From: a virus
Lineage: Duplodnaviria; Caudoviricetes
Length of the DNA: 64,000 bases
Direction: 5' to 3' (one strand)
IMG/VR virus record: IMGVR_UViG_3300032226_000683
Coordinates: 4,568-68,567 of that record
This document shows positions 16,969 through 26,025 of the stretch, piece by piece; positions within the stretch are counted from its first letter, which is position 1, and the number at the start of each line of letters is the position of its first letter. The translations under genes were made by a program, and so were the position numbers. The notes beneath the pieces are model-generated. The model was not told the DNA's origin, did not search any database, and saw only the letters and a list, made by a program, of their open reading frames with translations.

Positions 16969-18900
16969 TCAACACTCTCCCAAATCGCTTACGTCTTTTC
17001 TGGATGCGTGAAGGCGAAACACAGATAATTTTGCGTGCCCGGTCCAGGAAATTTTTGGCTGGAATAGATATCCAAAACGGGCTTTTCGACCAATACCCGT
17101 CACACAAGAATCGGAAGGTTTTACTGTTCTTACATTATAATACCCGAGAGCCAATTCGGAAGGAGCACACCCCTCAAAAGATTGTGTCTCAGTTTGGAAA
17201 GAGATTTGCCCAGATTGGACTGGGAAAAATGTTGGGTAATAATCCGGGGAGAATTCAAAAGTCCAGCTTACATCTCCGTAAATTTCTGAAAAGGCTAAAT
17301 CTGCTCGGACTAACTCTTTGATTTCAAAAGGAGTCTCAAAGGGTAGTCTTCTTAATTCAACGTAGGATTGAATTGGCAGAGATATTGTGGACTCTCCATT
17401 TGGGATGGTATCGGAATAATCGTCATAAGTAATTTCATATAAAGCATTATTCCCGTCAGATCCACAAACAAGGGCAAAGCATCTTTTGACTCCGTCAAAA
17501 ACACCAACTGCCATCTTGCATACCTGAAGTCCCGTCCACTCCCCGTCATAAGATGGTGGATAATTCCCTTGATAGGATCCTGGATTAAAATCCTGGCTAA
17601 CTAACTTTGTAAAAACAGTATTAAAAGAAGTTAAACTTCCGTTAATTTTTTGAATTTTAGGGGCACACCCATAGAGAGCTCGATAGTCAAAATAAGTTGC
17701 TGGAGAATATTTTACCCACCGTTCAGTGTCAAAATTAATGACTCGATCTGCCTCTACGCTGTCTACTAAAGTAACATTCGCCACCTTTGTTTCTTGCATA
17801 GTTTGCAGGAAAGATCGAATTCCGTCTAAAGAGCGAAAATAAACATCGTTGTTTGTAACAACCATAGAATCTGGACTCTCTGCTCCACCATTTAAAAATA
17901 TTCTTCTTTGCATCCCGGGGGTGCTTTGCCATTGAGCTCTATCAAAAACATTAGATCGAACTGCGTTGACTTGTTCTCGTGTAAATACAATTAGATCCCC
18001 CTGGCCGGTTGATGTGTCAGATCCTGGTAGGAATGAAAGTCCAGTAATTTCGGAATCAAAAGAGAAGCTCCCTCCACCAGTAAGATATTGAGTTTCAGAG
18101 AATCTGATTTCAGCCCCGGAATAACTTCCGGTTAAATCCCCAGCGAACAATTGATTTCCGTTGGCAACCCAAAGTCTTCCGTTACCAAACGCCATAATCG
18201 GTCCGATTGGGATAGACACATTTAACTGCAAGGGGCCGGGTGGAAAGAATTTTGCGGTTGCTATAGCTGTTAGTGTACAGTTATTGCTGAGTGTTACTTG
18301 AGAACTAGAGTCAACCGAAACAATTACTGTGCCAGGTGTGATTCCTCTTGATGCTTGTACTAGCATTCCTGGAAACAATCCTGCCGTGGAGGACACGTTA
18401 ACTCGTGGATTATTTGCTCCAATAGCAGTTTGTAACTCTATAAAAGATTCTAGTTCTTGTAAAATATTCCTTGATCGGAATGAACTTGCCCCGCTGTACA
18501 CTATAGGGGAACTCACACCATCCTGAATAACAAGAAAATTATTGGCGACGGCAAAAGAGGCTCTTCTTGATATATAATTATTTACTTCTCCGGCTGGTGT
18601 AATATCAAGAGCTGCTCCCGATGGGTCTGTCGGACGAAGACTATATAGTCGCCCGTCAATTAAAGACACTAATTCCTCAACTGAATTATTCTGGTAATAA
18701 GATGCTCCTTGAATGACTCCATTTGGTATTGCTTTTATGAATTTAAAGCCGGGGCGGGATTTAGGGTACCCGCCACGCACAACTATATTTTCAGCCCATG
18801 AATATTGCGTAGCTGATAGTAAAGCTGCGTCTACACTAGAGTTCGCTCCTCCGATGAAAGAGACGACTCCCTCCACCAGACGGTTTTGATCTTTGATCAT
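16969..18900 (-). CDS. Tail nozzle / stabilization protein (P22 gp10 or T7 gp12-like)
   Basis: 643 aa, beta-rich; N-terminal ENIVVRGGYPKSRPG motif, GRLWVA, and position in the tail cluster. Confidence 0.65.
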   Translation of the reverse strand: MIKDQNRLVEGVVSFIGGANSSVDAALLSATQYSWAENIVVRGGYPKSRPGFKFIKAIPNGVIQGASYYQNNSVEELVSLIDGRLYSLRPTDPSGAALDITPAGEVNNYISRRASFAVANNFLVIQDGVSSPIVYSGASSFRSRNILQELESFIELQTAIGANNPRVNVSSTAGLFPGMLVQASRGITPGTVIVSVDSSSQVTLSNNCTLTAIATAKFFPPGPLQLNVSIPIGPIMAFGNGRLWVANGNQLFAGDLTGSYSGAEIRFSETQYLTGGGSFSFDSEITGLSFLPGSDTSTGQGDLIVFTREQVNAVRSNVFDRAQWQSTPGMQRRIFLNGGAESPDSMVVTNNDVYFRSLDGIRSFLQTMQETKVANVTLVDSVEADRVINFDTERWVKYSPATYFDYRALYGCAPKIQKINGSLTSFNTVFTKLVSQDFNPGSYQGNYPPSYDGEWTGLQVCKMAVGVFDGVKRCFALVCGSDGNNALYEITYDDYSDTIPNGESTISLPIQSYVELRRLPFETPFEIKELVRADLAFSEIYGDVSWTFEFSPDYYPTFFPVQSGQISFQTETQSFEGCAPSELALGYYNVRTVKPSDSCVTGIGRKARFGYLFQPKISWTGHAKLSVFRLHASRKDVSDLGEC

Positions 18901-21017
18901 GACGCCGCGGCGCGTGTTACTAGGATATTAAAAGGAAGATCTGTTTGGGCGGTTGTCGCGCCAGCACTATTATTAGCCAAAAGAATAGTTACTTCATCAG
19001 CTGCGGACACATATCCTGATACAGTTACGATGTTTTTAAAATCGGTTACTGGTAGTGAACCGCCATACGTTACTTGAACAAAATCTCCTAAAGCTGCTCC
19101 GCTTACAGTAATTACAGACGAAGCATCAGTAGCTCCGGCCGAGATACTTGCGATGGATGCAATTGTGGTGGAAGCAAAATAAAAACCAGTAAGTTTTGCA
19201 GCACCGCTTCCAGTACTAATTCTATAATCGGTAGCTTTTACAGAACCACTTACATCTAGGGCAACTGTTGGAGAGGCTATATTGATGCCAACCCTATGAT
19301 TGCTTGCGTTGACTACAAAGTCATCTGTGTTGACAGAAAGGTTCGAACTGATTTTAGTCTCACCAACTACATCTAGGGCAACTGTTGGAGAGGCTATATT
19401 GATGCCGACGAAACTATTGTATGCATCAACCACAAAATCATCTGTGTTGACAACAAGATTTTCAGATATTCTAGTCTCTCCGACTACATCTAGCGCAGCT
19501 GCTGGGTTAGCGTTATTGATGCCAACCCGTCCGCTGGAGGAATTTACTTTGAGCGCACTGGAACCAATGGTTGTATTCCCGCTAATATTAGTAGCCCCAG
19601 ATACATCTAGGGCAACTGTTGGGGAAGCTACATTGATGCCAACACGATGGTTAGTTGTATTAACCACAAAGTCGTATCCAAATTCAGTGGCTGCAATCTT
19701 AGTATCTCCGAATACATCTAGAGCGTAATCCGGGGAGCTATTATTAATACCGACTCGATTACTGCTTACATTTACTGCAACTACATCGCCACCAATAGTT
19801 GTATTTCCAGTAAGAGTCGTCGCTCCATTAACTGCTAAAGTGCTAGTCAACGAAACTGCCCCGGTTACGCTTAGGGTGGTAGATAGACTTGTTGCCCCTC
19901 CAACCGTCAAAGTGCTGCTCAACGAAGTTGCTCCGCCTACGCTTAAAGTACTAGACAGGGCTGTTGCTCCGGTTACGTTTAGAGCGCCAGCTAGTGAAAC
20001 AACTCCAGTTACACCCAAAGCTCCGCCTACAGTTGTGGCCCCACTAATTGCTGCTGTTCCAGTTACATCCAATGAGGCTGTTGGGTTAGTATTAAAAATT
20101 CCAACTGCGTTAACTATTGAAGGAGTAGTTAGAGATTTTACATAAATAGGAACAGTTGAATTTGTTCCGTTAACACGGAAAGTTGCTGCGGAGGGGGAGG
20201 CAACTCCGCCAGGATTGACTACAAAAGAAATAGCTTGAGCGGATCCGGCTACATCTAAAAGTCTAGTTGGAGTATAAGTTCCAATTCCAACTCTACTTTC
20301 GCTTACGTCGACAAAAAATGTTTCTGCTGTAACTTGACCTTTTACAGAAAAATCACTTGCAGCAAGTTGGGAAGTATTGAAAGTAGCTGGGCCAATGAAA
20401 GAAGAAGAACCGGGCGCGGCGTCAATCCCGACTTTAAAGGTTCCGTCTACGTGTAGAGTTGTTTCTGGTTGATCGGTTGAAATGCCGACTCTCCCATTTG
20501 TCCCTCCGTTAGCATCGCAAAATAATAGATGTGTGTCGTTGTCGCCCTCAACTCTAAAGTTGGAATTATTCCCACTCTCATTAATTACAACTGGTCCATC
20601 TAAGTTAGAAAGCCCACCCTCGCTTACTGCCAAATCATCAAAAATCCCGTTTGTCAAAGACACCGCGGATGAGGGAGAGACTTTTAAACCTACTGGAATA
20701 GAATCTCCTTGGTTGATTCCATCGAAATTCAACAACTCAGCAGTTACTTGACTGTAAGGAGAATTAGGATCAAGGACTGTTACTCGATAAAATCCTGCTT
20801 CTTCTATGTAGATTGTTTGACCTATAGCCATCCATCTATTTTCGGCTACGTAAAAAGTAACTGTAGTGCCAATAGGTGGTTGATTTTGAGCTGGGGCTAT
20901 TACGGTGGTAAAGGCATTGATCCCGTTGGTACCATTCGTGCCGTTAATACCAGCAAGACCCTGAGGTCCTTGGGGCCCGGCTTCTCCAACAACAAGTGTA
21001 TTACAATCGCAGCTCAT
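18897..21017 (-). CDS. Tail fibre with short collagen segment and internal repeats
   Basis: GEAGPQGPQGLAGINGTNGTNG; RVGINxxxPxxALDVxG repeats; 12-aa GATxLSSTLxV repeats. Confidence 0.8.
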   Translation of the reverse strand: MSCDCNTLVVGEAGPQGPQGLAGINGTNGTNGINAFTTVIAPAQNQPPIGTTVTFYVAENRWMAIGQTIYIEEAGFYRVTVLDPNSPYSQVTAELLNFDGINQGDSIPVGLKVSPSSAVSLTNGIFDDLAVSEGGLSNLDGPVVINESGNNSNFRVEGDNDTHLLFCDANGGTNGRVGISTDQPETTLHVDGTFKVGIDAAPGSSSFIGPATFNTSQLAASDFSVKGQVTAETFFVDVSESRVGIGTYTPTRLLDVAGSAQAISFVVNPGGVASPSAATFRVNGTNSTVPIYVKSLTTPSIVNAVGIFNTNPTASLDVTGTAAISGATTVGGALGVTGVVSLAGALNVTGATALSSTLSVGGATSLSSTLTVGGATSLSTTLSVTGAVSLTSTLAVNGATTLTGNTTIGGDVVAVNVSSNRVGINNSSPDYALDVFGDTKIAATEFGYDFVVNTTNHRVGINVASPTVALDVSGATNISGNTTIGSSALKVNSSSGRVGINNANPAAALDVVGETRISENLVVNTDDFVVDAYNSFVGINIASPTVALDVVGETKISSNLSVNTDDFVVNASNHRVGINIASPTVALDVSGSVKATDYRISTGSGAAKLTGFYFASTTIASIASISAGATDASSVITVSGAALGDFVQVTYGGSLPVTDFKNIVTVSGYVSAADEVTILLANNSAGATTAQTDLPFNILVTRAAAS
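19251..19760 (-). repeat. 117-bp (39-aa) tandem coding repeats in the tail fibre
   Basis: TACATCTAG anchors at 19251, 19368, 19485, 19602 and 19713; the first two copies share about 39 identical bp. Confidence 0.9.
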
Positions 21018-21028
21018 TTAGTTCTCCT

Positions 21029-22915
21029 TTATACGTAACGCACTCCTGTGTTTATAAACGGAACGGCAGAATAAGTAAAGGTCTCGTGAGTTGTTTGATT
21101 ATAGGCAGTAGCCGTAGTGTAGGTAGGGATAAGGGCTGCTGCGCTAAGATCAGTTTTACCGAAAATTGATGAGTATATTCCGGCCGATCCCGGATTAATA
21201 GCCTCTAACGAAGCCCCGGCAAAGCTTGCTGCTGGGGTAAAAGACATATAATAAAAACCCACATTTAAAGTTGTGTTTGCAACACTTAGGGTAATTAAAG
21301 TGCTTGCGGCAGTTCCGGAATTCACAATTCCACCGACTACAAATGTTCCTGGAAGTCCTGTGGAGGCAACATTCCAAATCGCAATATGTACCGATATATT
21401 TGCGCTGGGAGGAGTAGACGATGTTTTAAATAAAAGCTCATCGATTTGCCCAGAAACTGGAATGTAAAGCAGGCCAAACCGTCTTCCGTTAATTGTTGGT
21501 GTAGTAGTCGACCCGGCCCCTCCCACTGAATAAACCCCAAGAATATTCGGAGTTTGAAATTTCGGAAGAATAGGCATTACCTCACTAGCTATGGCTACTG
21601 TGCCGGAAGTATCGGGAAGAGTAATAGTTCTAGCGGCGGTTGCCGATCCAGTTAGAGTGGTTCTAGTTGCGGAAACTCCGAGTTCAATTGAGCCGGTCCC
21701 ACGGGTATTAATAGACCCACCGCCATCATAAGTTGTTAAAGAACCACCAGGATTTGTTCCACCATAAGCAACAATGCTTCCACCTATTGATGGATAACTA
21801 GGGCCGGAAGTAGGTGCTATTGTCCCACCTCGTAAATCAATACTTCCGCCTGGGCAACTTCTTCCAGAAGTGTTAATACTTCCGCCAGCGGAACCTATAT
21901 AATCGTCAATACCAGGATTTACTGCGACTGATCCACTTCGGGTATCAATACTCCCACCGCTAGAAGCAACGCCTTTTGTCGTGATGCTTCCACCTGGTGA
22001 AGTGTCATATGTATTACCGCCGCGTGTATCAATTGACCCACCGGCAGATGAATACCCCTTTGTCACAATGGAGCCGCCATTACAGGCAAGTCGACCATCA
22101 ATATCACCGCCAGACGTGTCGACCCCTCCGCCAAAGTTTCCGGGCCCACCCGAGCCACCTCTTGTAACAATAGACCCACCAGCAGAAGAGCCTGATCCAG
22201 GTCCGCCTCTTCCTCCGCCTGTATTTATTGTCCCGCCGGGTGAGTCAGATGCTCCCCCGGATGTGTCAATTAACCCGCCACTTGCGTTAAGCTGGTCGCT
22301 TGCAGATGTGTTTATTGACCCACCTATGCCACCGAAGTCTCCTTTTGTATTAATATTTCCACCATTAGGTCCATAGCTAGAACCTCTTGTGTCTATGTAC
22401 CCACCTGCTCCATCGCTTCCGCTTGTATTAATATATCCACCATTAGAACCATTGTTAGTTGCCGATGTATCTATGTACCCACCTGATTGACCGCTTGCAT
22501 CCCCGCTTGTGTTAATATATCCAGCAGATCCAGCTGAATCAGTCATGGTTATAGTTCCACCATTTTCAAAAACGAGTGGGGACACTGGTGTAGTATCGGC
22601 TAGCTGGATATAAGACGCTTCCAAAATTTTCGAACCAGCCCCAGAATAAATCCATCTCTTTCCGTCTGTAGTTGCAACAATACTGCCCTCTCGAATCAAA
22701 GCCTGTTGTGCGGTAGTTAAATTGGCAATACCGCCTGAACTTACGATTACGTCATTTGTCTCTTCGAGAGCTGTAACGCGAGTGTCTAGAGCTGTAACGG
22801 AAGTGTCGATAGAATCAATTTCGGCCTGAATGGTGGCTGGAGGAGGAGTAGTATTTGCCCCGGCTGTTCCGCAATCGCAATCTCGGGCGTAGTTATCGGG
22901 ATTAGGAAAACTCAT
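21029..22915 (-). CDS. Second tail fibre / receptor-binding protein with glycine-rich GGxIxTxG repeats
   Basis: 628 aa; short coiled coil, many GGxIxT repeats, then a beta-rich C-terminal domain paralogous to 46157..46849. Confidence 0.75.
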   Translation of the reverse strand: MSFPNPDNYARDCDCGTAGANTTPPPATIQAEIDSIDTSVTALDTRVTALEETNDVIVSSGGIANLTTAQQALIREGSIVATTDGKRWIYSGAGSKILEASYIQLADTTPVSPLVFENGGTITMTDSAGSAGYINTSGDASGQSGGYIDTSATNNGSNGGYINTSGSDGAGGYIDTRGSSYGPNGGNINTKGDFGGIGGSINTSASDQLNASGGLIDTSGGASDSPGGTINTGGGRGGPGSGSSAGGSIVTRGGSGGPGNFGGGVDTSGGDIDGRLACNGGSIVTKGYSSAGGSIDTRGGNTYDTSPGGSITTKGVASSGGSIDTRSGSVAVNPGIDDYIGSAGGSINTSGRSCPGGSIDLRGGTIAPTSGPSYPSIGGSIVAYGGTNPGGSLTTYDGGGSINTRGTGSIELGVSATRTTLTGSATAARTITLPDTSGTVAIASEVMPILPKFQTPNILGVYSVGGAGSTTTPTINGRRFGLLYIPVSGQIDELLFKTSSTPPSANISVHIAIWNVASTGLPGTFVVGGIVNSGTAASTLITLSVANTTLNVGFYYMSFTPAASFAGASLEAINPGSAGIYSSIFGKTDLSAAALIPTYTTATAYNQTTHETFTYSAVPFINTGVRYV

Positions 22916-22950
22916 CGCAGTGATTATGCCTGTCTATAATTATGAGTCAA
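22916..22950 (-). promoter_or_regulatory. Sigma70-like promoter, probably leaderless mRNA
   Basis: TTGACT-16 nt-CATAAT, 7 nt before ATG 22915. Confidence 0.6.
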
Positions 22951-22957
22951 GCAATCC

Positions 22958-23350
22958 CTACTTGAGAGCTGACCAGTTATCCCGCCATTTACAGTTTGGT
23001 TCAAGATAAATGGATTTGGTGCGGGGAAGCTTTTCTCTAGGTATTACAAACAAAGCGTCCAAGGTTGTATTCAAAAATATAAAAGCGTCGCAATCCCCCT
23101 TGGTGTATAGCCTCTTCTGCATATGCCCAAATCCGGGCCCGCGGAGGGCCAAAAACTTTAACTTTCTCCTGCGACAGTCTTCACCTCCAATGGTGGTTTT
23201 AACTTGGACGCGTACCATCTTTCCTCTCCAATCGGTTACTAAGTCGTATCCATCGTCATAGATGGGAAGGCTTACGAGAAAGCCTTGCTCCATCAATCTG
23301 GTGGAAACCTTTTGTACGCCTATTGCTCCTAGTCTAATGTTATTACTCAT
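22958..23350 (-). CDS. PD-(D/E)XK endonuclease (PDDEXK_5-like)
   Basis: GFLVSLPIYDDGYDLV...RVQVKT motif. Confidence 0.75.
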   Translation of the reverse strand: MSNNIRLGAIGVQKVSTRLMEQGFLVSLPIYDDGYDLVTDWRGKMVRVQVKTTIGGEDCRRRKLKFLALRGPGFGHMQKRLYTKGDCDAFIFLNTTLDALFVIPREKLPRTKSIYLEPNCKWRDNWSALK

Positions 23351-23889
23351 AACCAGCTCCTTGCGAGTATTGTACCAAGGGGTCGACGCTTGCGATAGAC
23401 CCCATCCCCATCTCTACTACCATCGTCGTTTGTATTACCCTCTATCGTTACAGCCCATTTCCCGTCGACTTTTTCGATGATACCCGTATGAGCCACGCGT
23501 TTAAGACTTTGAAAATAAATCCCAAAGGCATCGGCTCGATCTGGCTTCTTTCCGCGACCTCTGTCCCATGTAGGACTTTTAACGAAATCTGGGCTCCAAG
23601 CAGATCTCGGGAACGGGTTCTCTTTCTTGCCGAACGCTTCATCGCCTATGTATACCACCCAAGCTGCGCACCAAGGAGCCCTTGTCCCTTCTAGCCCTAC
23701 TGAGGCTAGGATCTTGTCCACCAAGGGCCCGGAGTTTCTGCCGACTTCTCGCCATCCAATGGTTCCCCGAGCCACTTCAATAAGTCGCGATAGTCTTTCT
23801 CCTCGCGTCGGTACGACTCCTTCAGCAATTGCTTCTCGGGTACCCAGCAAAGATATAAACGCCAGAGCCAATGCATAAATTATCCGCAT
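23347..23889 (-). CDS. CHAP-domain endolysin with N-terminal signal/anchor
   Basis: PWCAAWV, HTGII and TIEGNT motifs; hydrophobic N-terminus ending in AIA. Confidence 0.85.
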   Translation of the reverse strand: MRIIYALALAFISLLGTREAIAEGVVPTRGERLSRLIEVARGTIGWREVGRNSGPLVDKILASVGLEGTRAPWCAAWVVYIGDEAFGKKENPFPRSAWSPDFVKSPTWDRGRGKKPDRADAFGIYFQSLKRVAHTGIIEKVDGKWAVTIEGNTNDDGSRDGDGVYRKRRPLGTILARSWL

Positions 23890-24221
23890 AACAGGGCAAA
23901 AGATATGACGAGTCCTAAGAACACGGCGATTAATATAGTAGCTCGTGTCTGCCCATCTAACTCCTGCCAGTCGTCCTCCAAAGCATTGTTGTCCATGTAC
24001 CGATCCAAAAACTTAAACTCAATATTGATTATTAGCCAGGCTAATGTAACTGCAAAGAGTAGCTTAACACCCGCAAACAGAACGACATGAAGGGCTCCGA
24101 GGTCGACAACCCCAGCTCCAGGGTCAAGGATTCGGAGGATCGGGCCTAAAGCCAAGAATAGAGTGAGTCCGCATAGTAAAGCGCCCAGTCCCTGGACGTT
24201 ATCCTTTAGCCACTTTTTCAC
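23880..24221 (-). CDS. Putative holin (3 TM)
   Basis: Three hydrophobic segments; adjacent to the endolysin. Confidence 0.6.
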   Translation of the reverse strand: MKKWLKDNVQGLGALLCGLTLFLALGPILRILDPGAGVVDLGALHVVLFAGVKLLFAVTLAWLIINIEFKFLDRYMDNNALEDDWQELDGQTRATILIAVFLGLVISFALLCG

Positions 24222-24614
24222 TTAAAAGAGTTTAAGAAAGGGAAAGAAATTACGCAAGGCCAAAAATGCGGGTAGAAGAAGCATCCCACCGATACCAATC
24301 AAACGCCACTTCCAAAGCATTCCAACGGCTTTGCTGTATTTGGCCTCAAGATACTCGAGCCTTTCGGCCATCTCGGAACGTTCTTTGAAATTCTTATCGA
24401 CCTGAGACTGAAGCTTTAGGATCTGGTCTTTTGTATTGTCCAGCTCGTCGGCTACGGGTTTACAAGCAGGGATTGAACGGGCAATCGACTGAGCCTTTAA
24501 GACTGAATCAGTTGTCGCCTGAAGGGTGAGAGAGCCGGAAGAAGTCGTTCGTGTTGTGGAGGCGCAACTAACTAAAAAAACACTAAACAAAGAAATTACA
24601 AGGCTACGAATCAT
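24222..24614 (-). CDS. Putative unimolecular spanin
   Basis: Lipobox LVSC after a signal peptide, coiled-coil middle, C-terminal TM; in the lysis cassette. Confidence 0.6.
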   Translation of the reverse strand: MIRSLVISLFSVFLVSCASTTRTTSSGSLTLQATTDSVLKAQSIARSIPACKPVADELDNTKDQILKLQSQVDKNFKERSEMAERLEYLEAKYSKAVGMLWKWRLIGIGGMLLLPAFLALRNFFPFLKLF

Positions 24615-24916
24615 TATCCAGCTTTATAAGCCATTACTTTTCCGGAAGCTAATGTAAATCCGGTAAAAGGACCATAAAGAGTAACATTTGCTGGGATTGT
24701 CAAAGCATAGAAATTAGCTGCATTTGGTGTGAAACTAGAATTCAAAGAACTTAAAGATGAAAATTGAGTGCTAGCCAAAGTGAGAATAGACGCATAATTT
24801 GCAGTCATTGCGGTAGTGTCGCCTACGTAATCGAAACCACGCTGGCCAAGAGCGACAAGACCAGCATCTGATGGAGTTACGCTTGTCGTTAGATTTTCGT
24901 CAAAAAAAGTTGGCAT
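24614..24916 (-). CDS. Small hypothetical (probably virion) protein
   Basis: 100 aa, beta-rich; AGGAG SD and TTGACA-16-CACAAT promoter upstream. Confidence 0.6.
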   Translation of the reverse strand: MPTFFDENLTTSVTPSDAGLVALGQRGFDYVGDTTAMTANYASILTLASTQFSSLSSLNSSFTPNAANFYALTIPANVTLYGPFTGFTLASGKVMAYKAG

Positions 24917-24951
24917 ATGGTTCTCCTATTGTGTGGTCTTATTTTTAATTG

Positions 24952-25167
24952 TCAACTATGTTTGCCAAAAATCTTTGACCAAAAGAATTCAGCAAAGGTT
25001 GAAATCATAAATGTCATGACTGCCACGACTCCATAACCCATGTGCATATGCTTCTCAACCTTACCGATTCGTTGGTCGTGTTTATCTCGGTCTTCGAGCA
25101 AGGAATCAAGCTTCTCGTCCATGCGGGCGGTACGCTCAACAAGGGTAAGTAGATGATCATTTTCCAT
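24952..25167 (-). CDS. Coiled-coil plus single-TM protein (XhlA/holin-like)
   Basis: 71 aa; ARMDEKLDSLLE coiled coil followed by a TM segment. Confidence 0.55.
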   Translation of the reverse strand: MENDHLLTLVERTARMDEKLDSLLEDRDKHDQRIGKVEKHMHMGYGVVAVMTFMISTFAEFFWSKIFGKHS

Positions 25168-25381
25168 GGCTAAATATCCTATCGAGGGTGGGGTATAACC
25201 GTGATTTCATCTTATTGGCAGTATAGCTCTCAACACCCAGCAAAGGCAAGAATAGTTCGAAGCATAACTCGAACGACTCCCGCTCATAACAGGCTTTTGG
25301 CCTGGCAGGTTTCTTACCGGCGTCAAGATCCTGGAGGTCGTTCCAGGCTTGCTTGACAACCGCCAAGATGAGCTTATCCAC
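25157..25381 (-). CDS. Hypothetical protein
   Basis: Likely GTG start at 25381, just after the upstream stop; LILAVVKQAWND helix. Confidence 0.45.
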   Translation of the reverse strand: MDKLILAVVKQAWNDLQDLDAGKKPARPKACYERESFELCFELFLPLLGVESYTANKMKSRLYPTLDRIFSHGK

Positions 25382-25385
25382 GGCT

Positions 25386-25634
25386 TTACGCCATTTCGTT
25401 ATCTGACATTCCTTTTTCAACAGCTTGAACCATACCCATATCTTCTTCAGGCATTTCGGTTTCAGTTTCAACTTCGACTTCTTTGCCGGGAGAAACTGCT
25501 ACACCTTCAACTGATGAGAGATACATGGTCGGTCCTTTGAAATAGCCGCTGGCCATGAAGTCGAATGCATCGCCTTCTTTAACACCTTCTGGGGGTGTAA
25601 AGCCTTTAGGTACGGGAAATGAGATATTTTTCAT
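25386..25634 (-). CDS. Small acidic hypothetical protein
   Basis: 82 aa, co-oriented in the head module. Confidence 0.55.
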   Translation of the reverse strand: MKNISFPVPKGFTPPEGVKEGDAFDFMASGYFKGPTMYLSSVEGVAVSPGKEVEVETETEMPEEDMGMVQAVEKGMSDNEMA

Positions 25635-25660
25635 AAGAGTTATCTTTCTTGAAAGAGTAT

Positions 25661-25691
25661 GATCCCCCGGGGGGTAGAACCCCAGGGGATC
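25661..25691 (-). terminator. GC-rich hairpin after the capsid/decoration genes (partial terminator or stabiliser)
   Basis: Plus-strand GATCCCCCGGGG...CCCCAGGGGATC inverted repeat; weak U-tract. Confidence 0.55.
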
Positions 25692-25702
25692 AATTAATTT
25701 AG

Positions 25703-26005
25703 TTAAGCATTCAGATTACGCAACAAGGTTAAAATAGTATTAACCTTTGCGGTAACGGAGGCCAAACCATTTTTAACTGCGGTCATGTCGTCTGTGAGCG
25801 ACGTAGTCGCATTCGCAGCCGGAGCAGTGATTGCAGCAATAGTGTTGGCAGCCGTACCACCTGTTGAGTCAGTGATTGCCGTCAGACTCGTTGTGGCTGA
25901 AGAGCCGGTCAAAGTGGATGTCCACTCTGGGCCGTTATTCAATACACCACGAACCTGAGCCGCCAGGACGTTATCCTGAGTACGCACTTGAAGAGGGGAA
26001 CTCAT
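25703..26005 (-). CDS. Head decoration / head-fibre protein
   Basis: Directly downstream of the major capsid gene; T/A-rich; ends ASVTAKVNTILTLLRN, like head-fibre trimerisation helices. Confidence 0.65.
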   Translation of the reverse strand: MSSPLQVRTQDNVLAAQVRGVLNNGPEWTSTLTGSSATTSLTAITDSTGGTAANTIAAITAPAANATTSLTDDMTAVKNGLASVTAKVNTILTLLRNLNA

Positions 26006-26025
26006 GAGAGATCTCCTTTCTTCAA

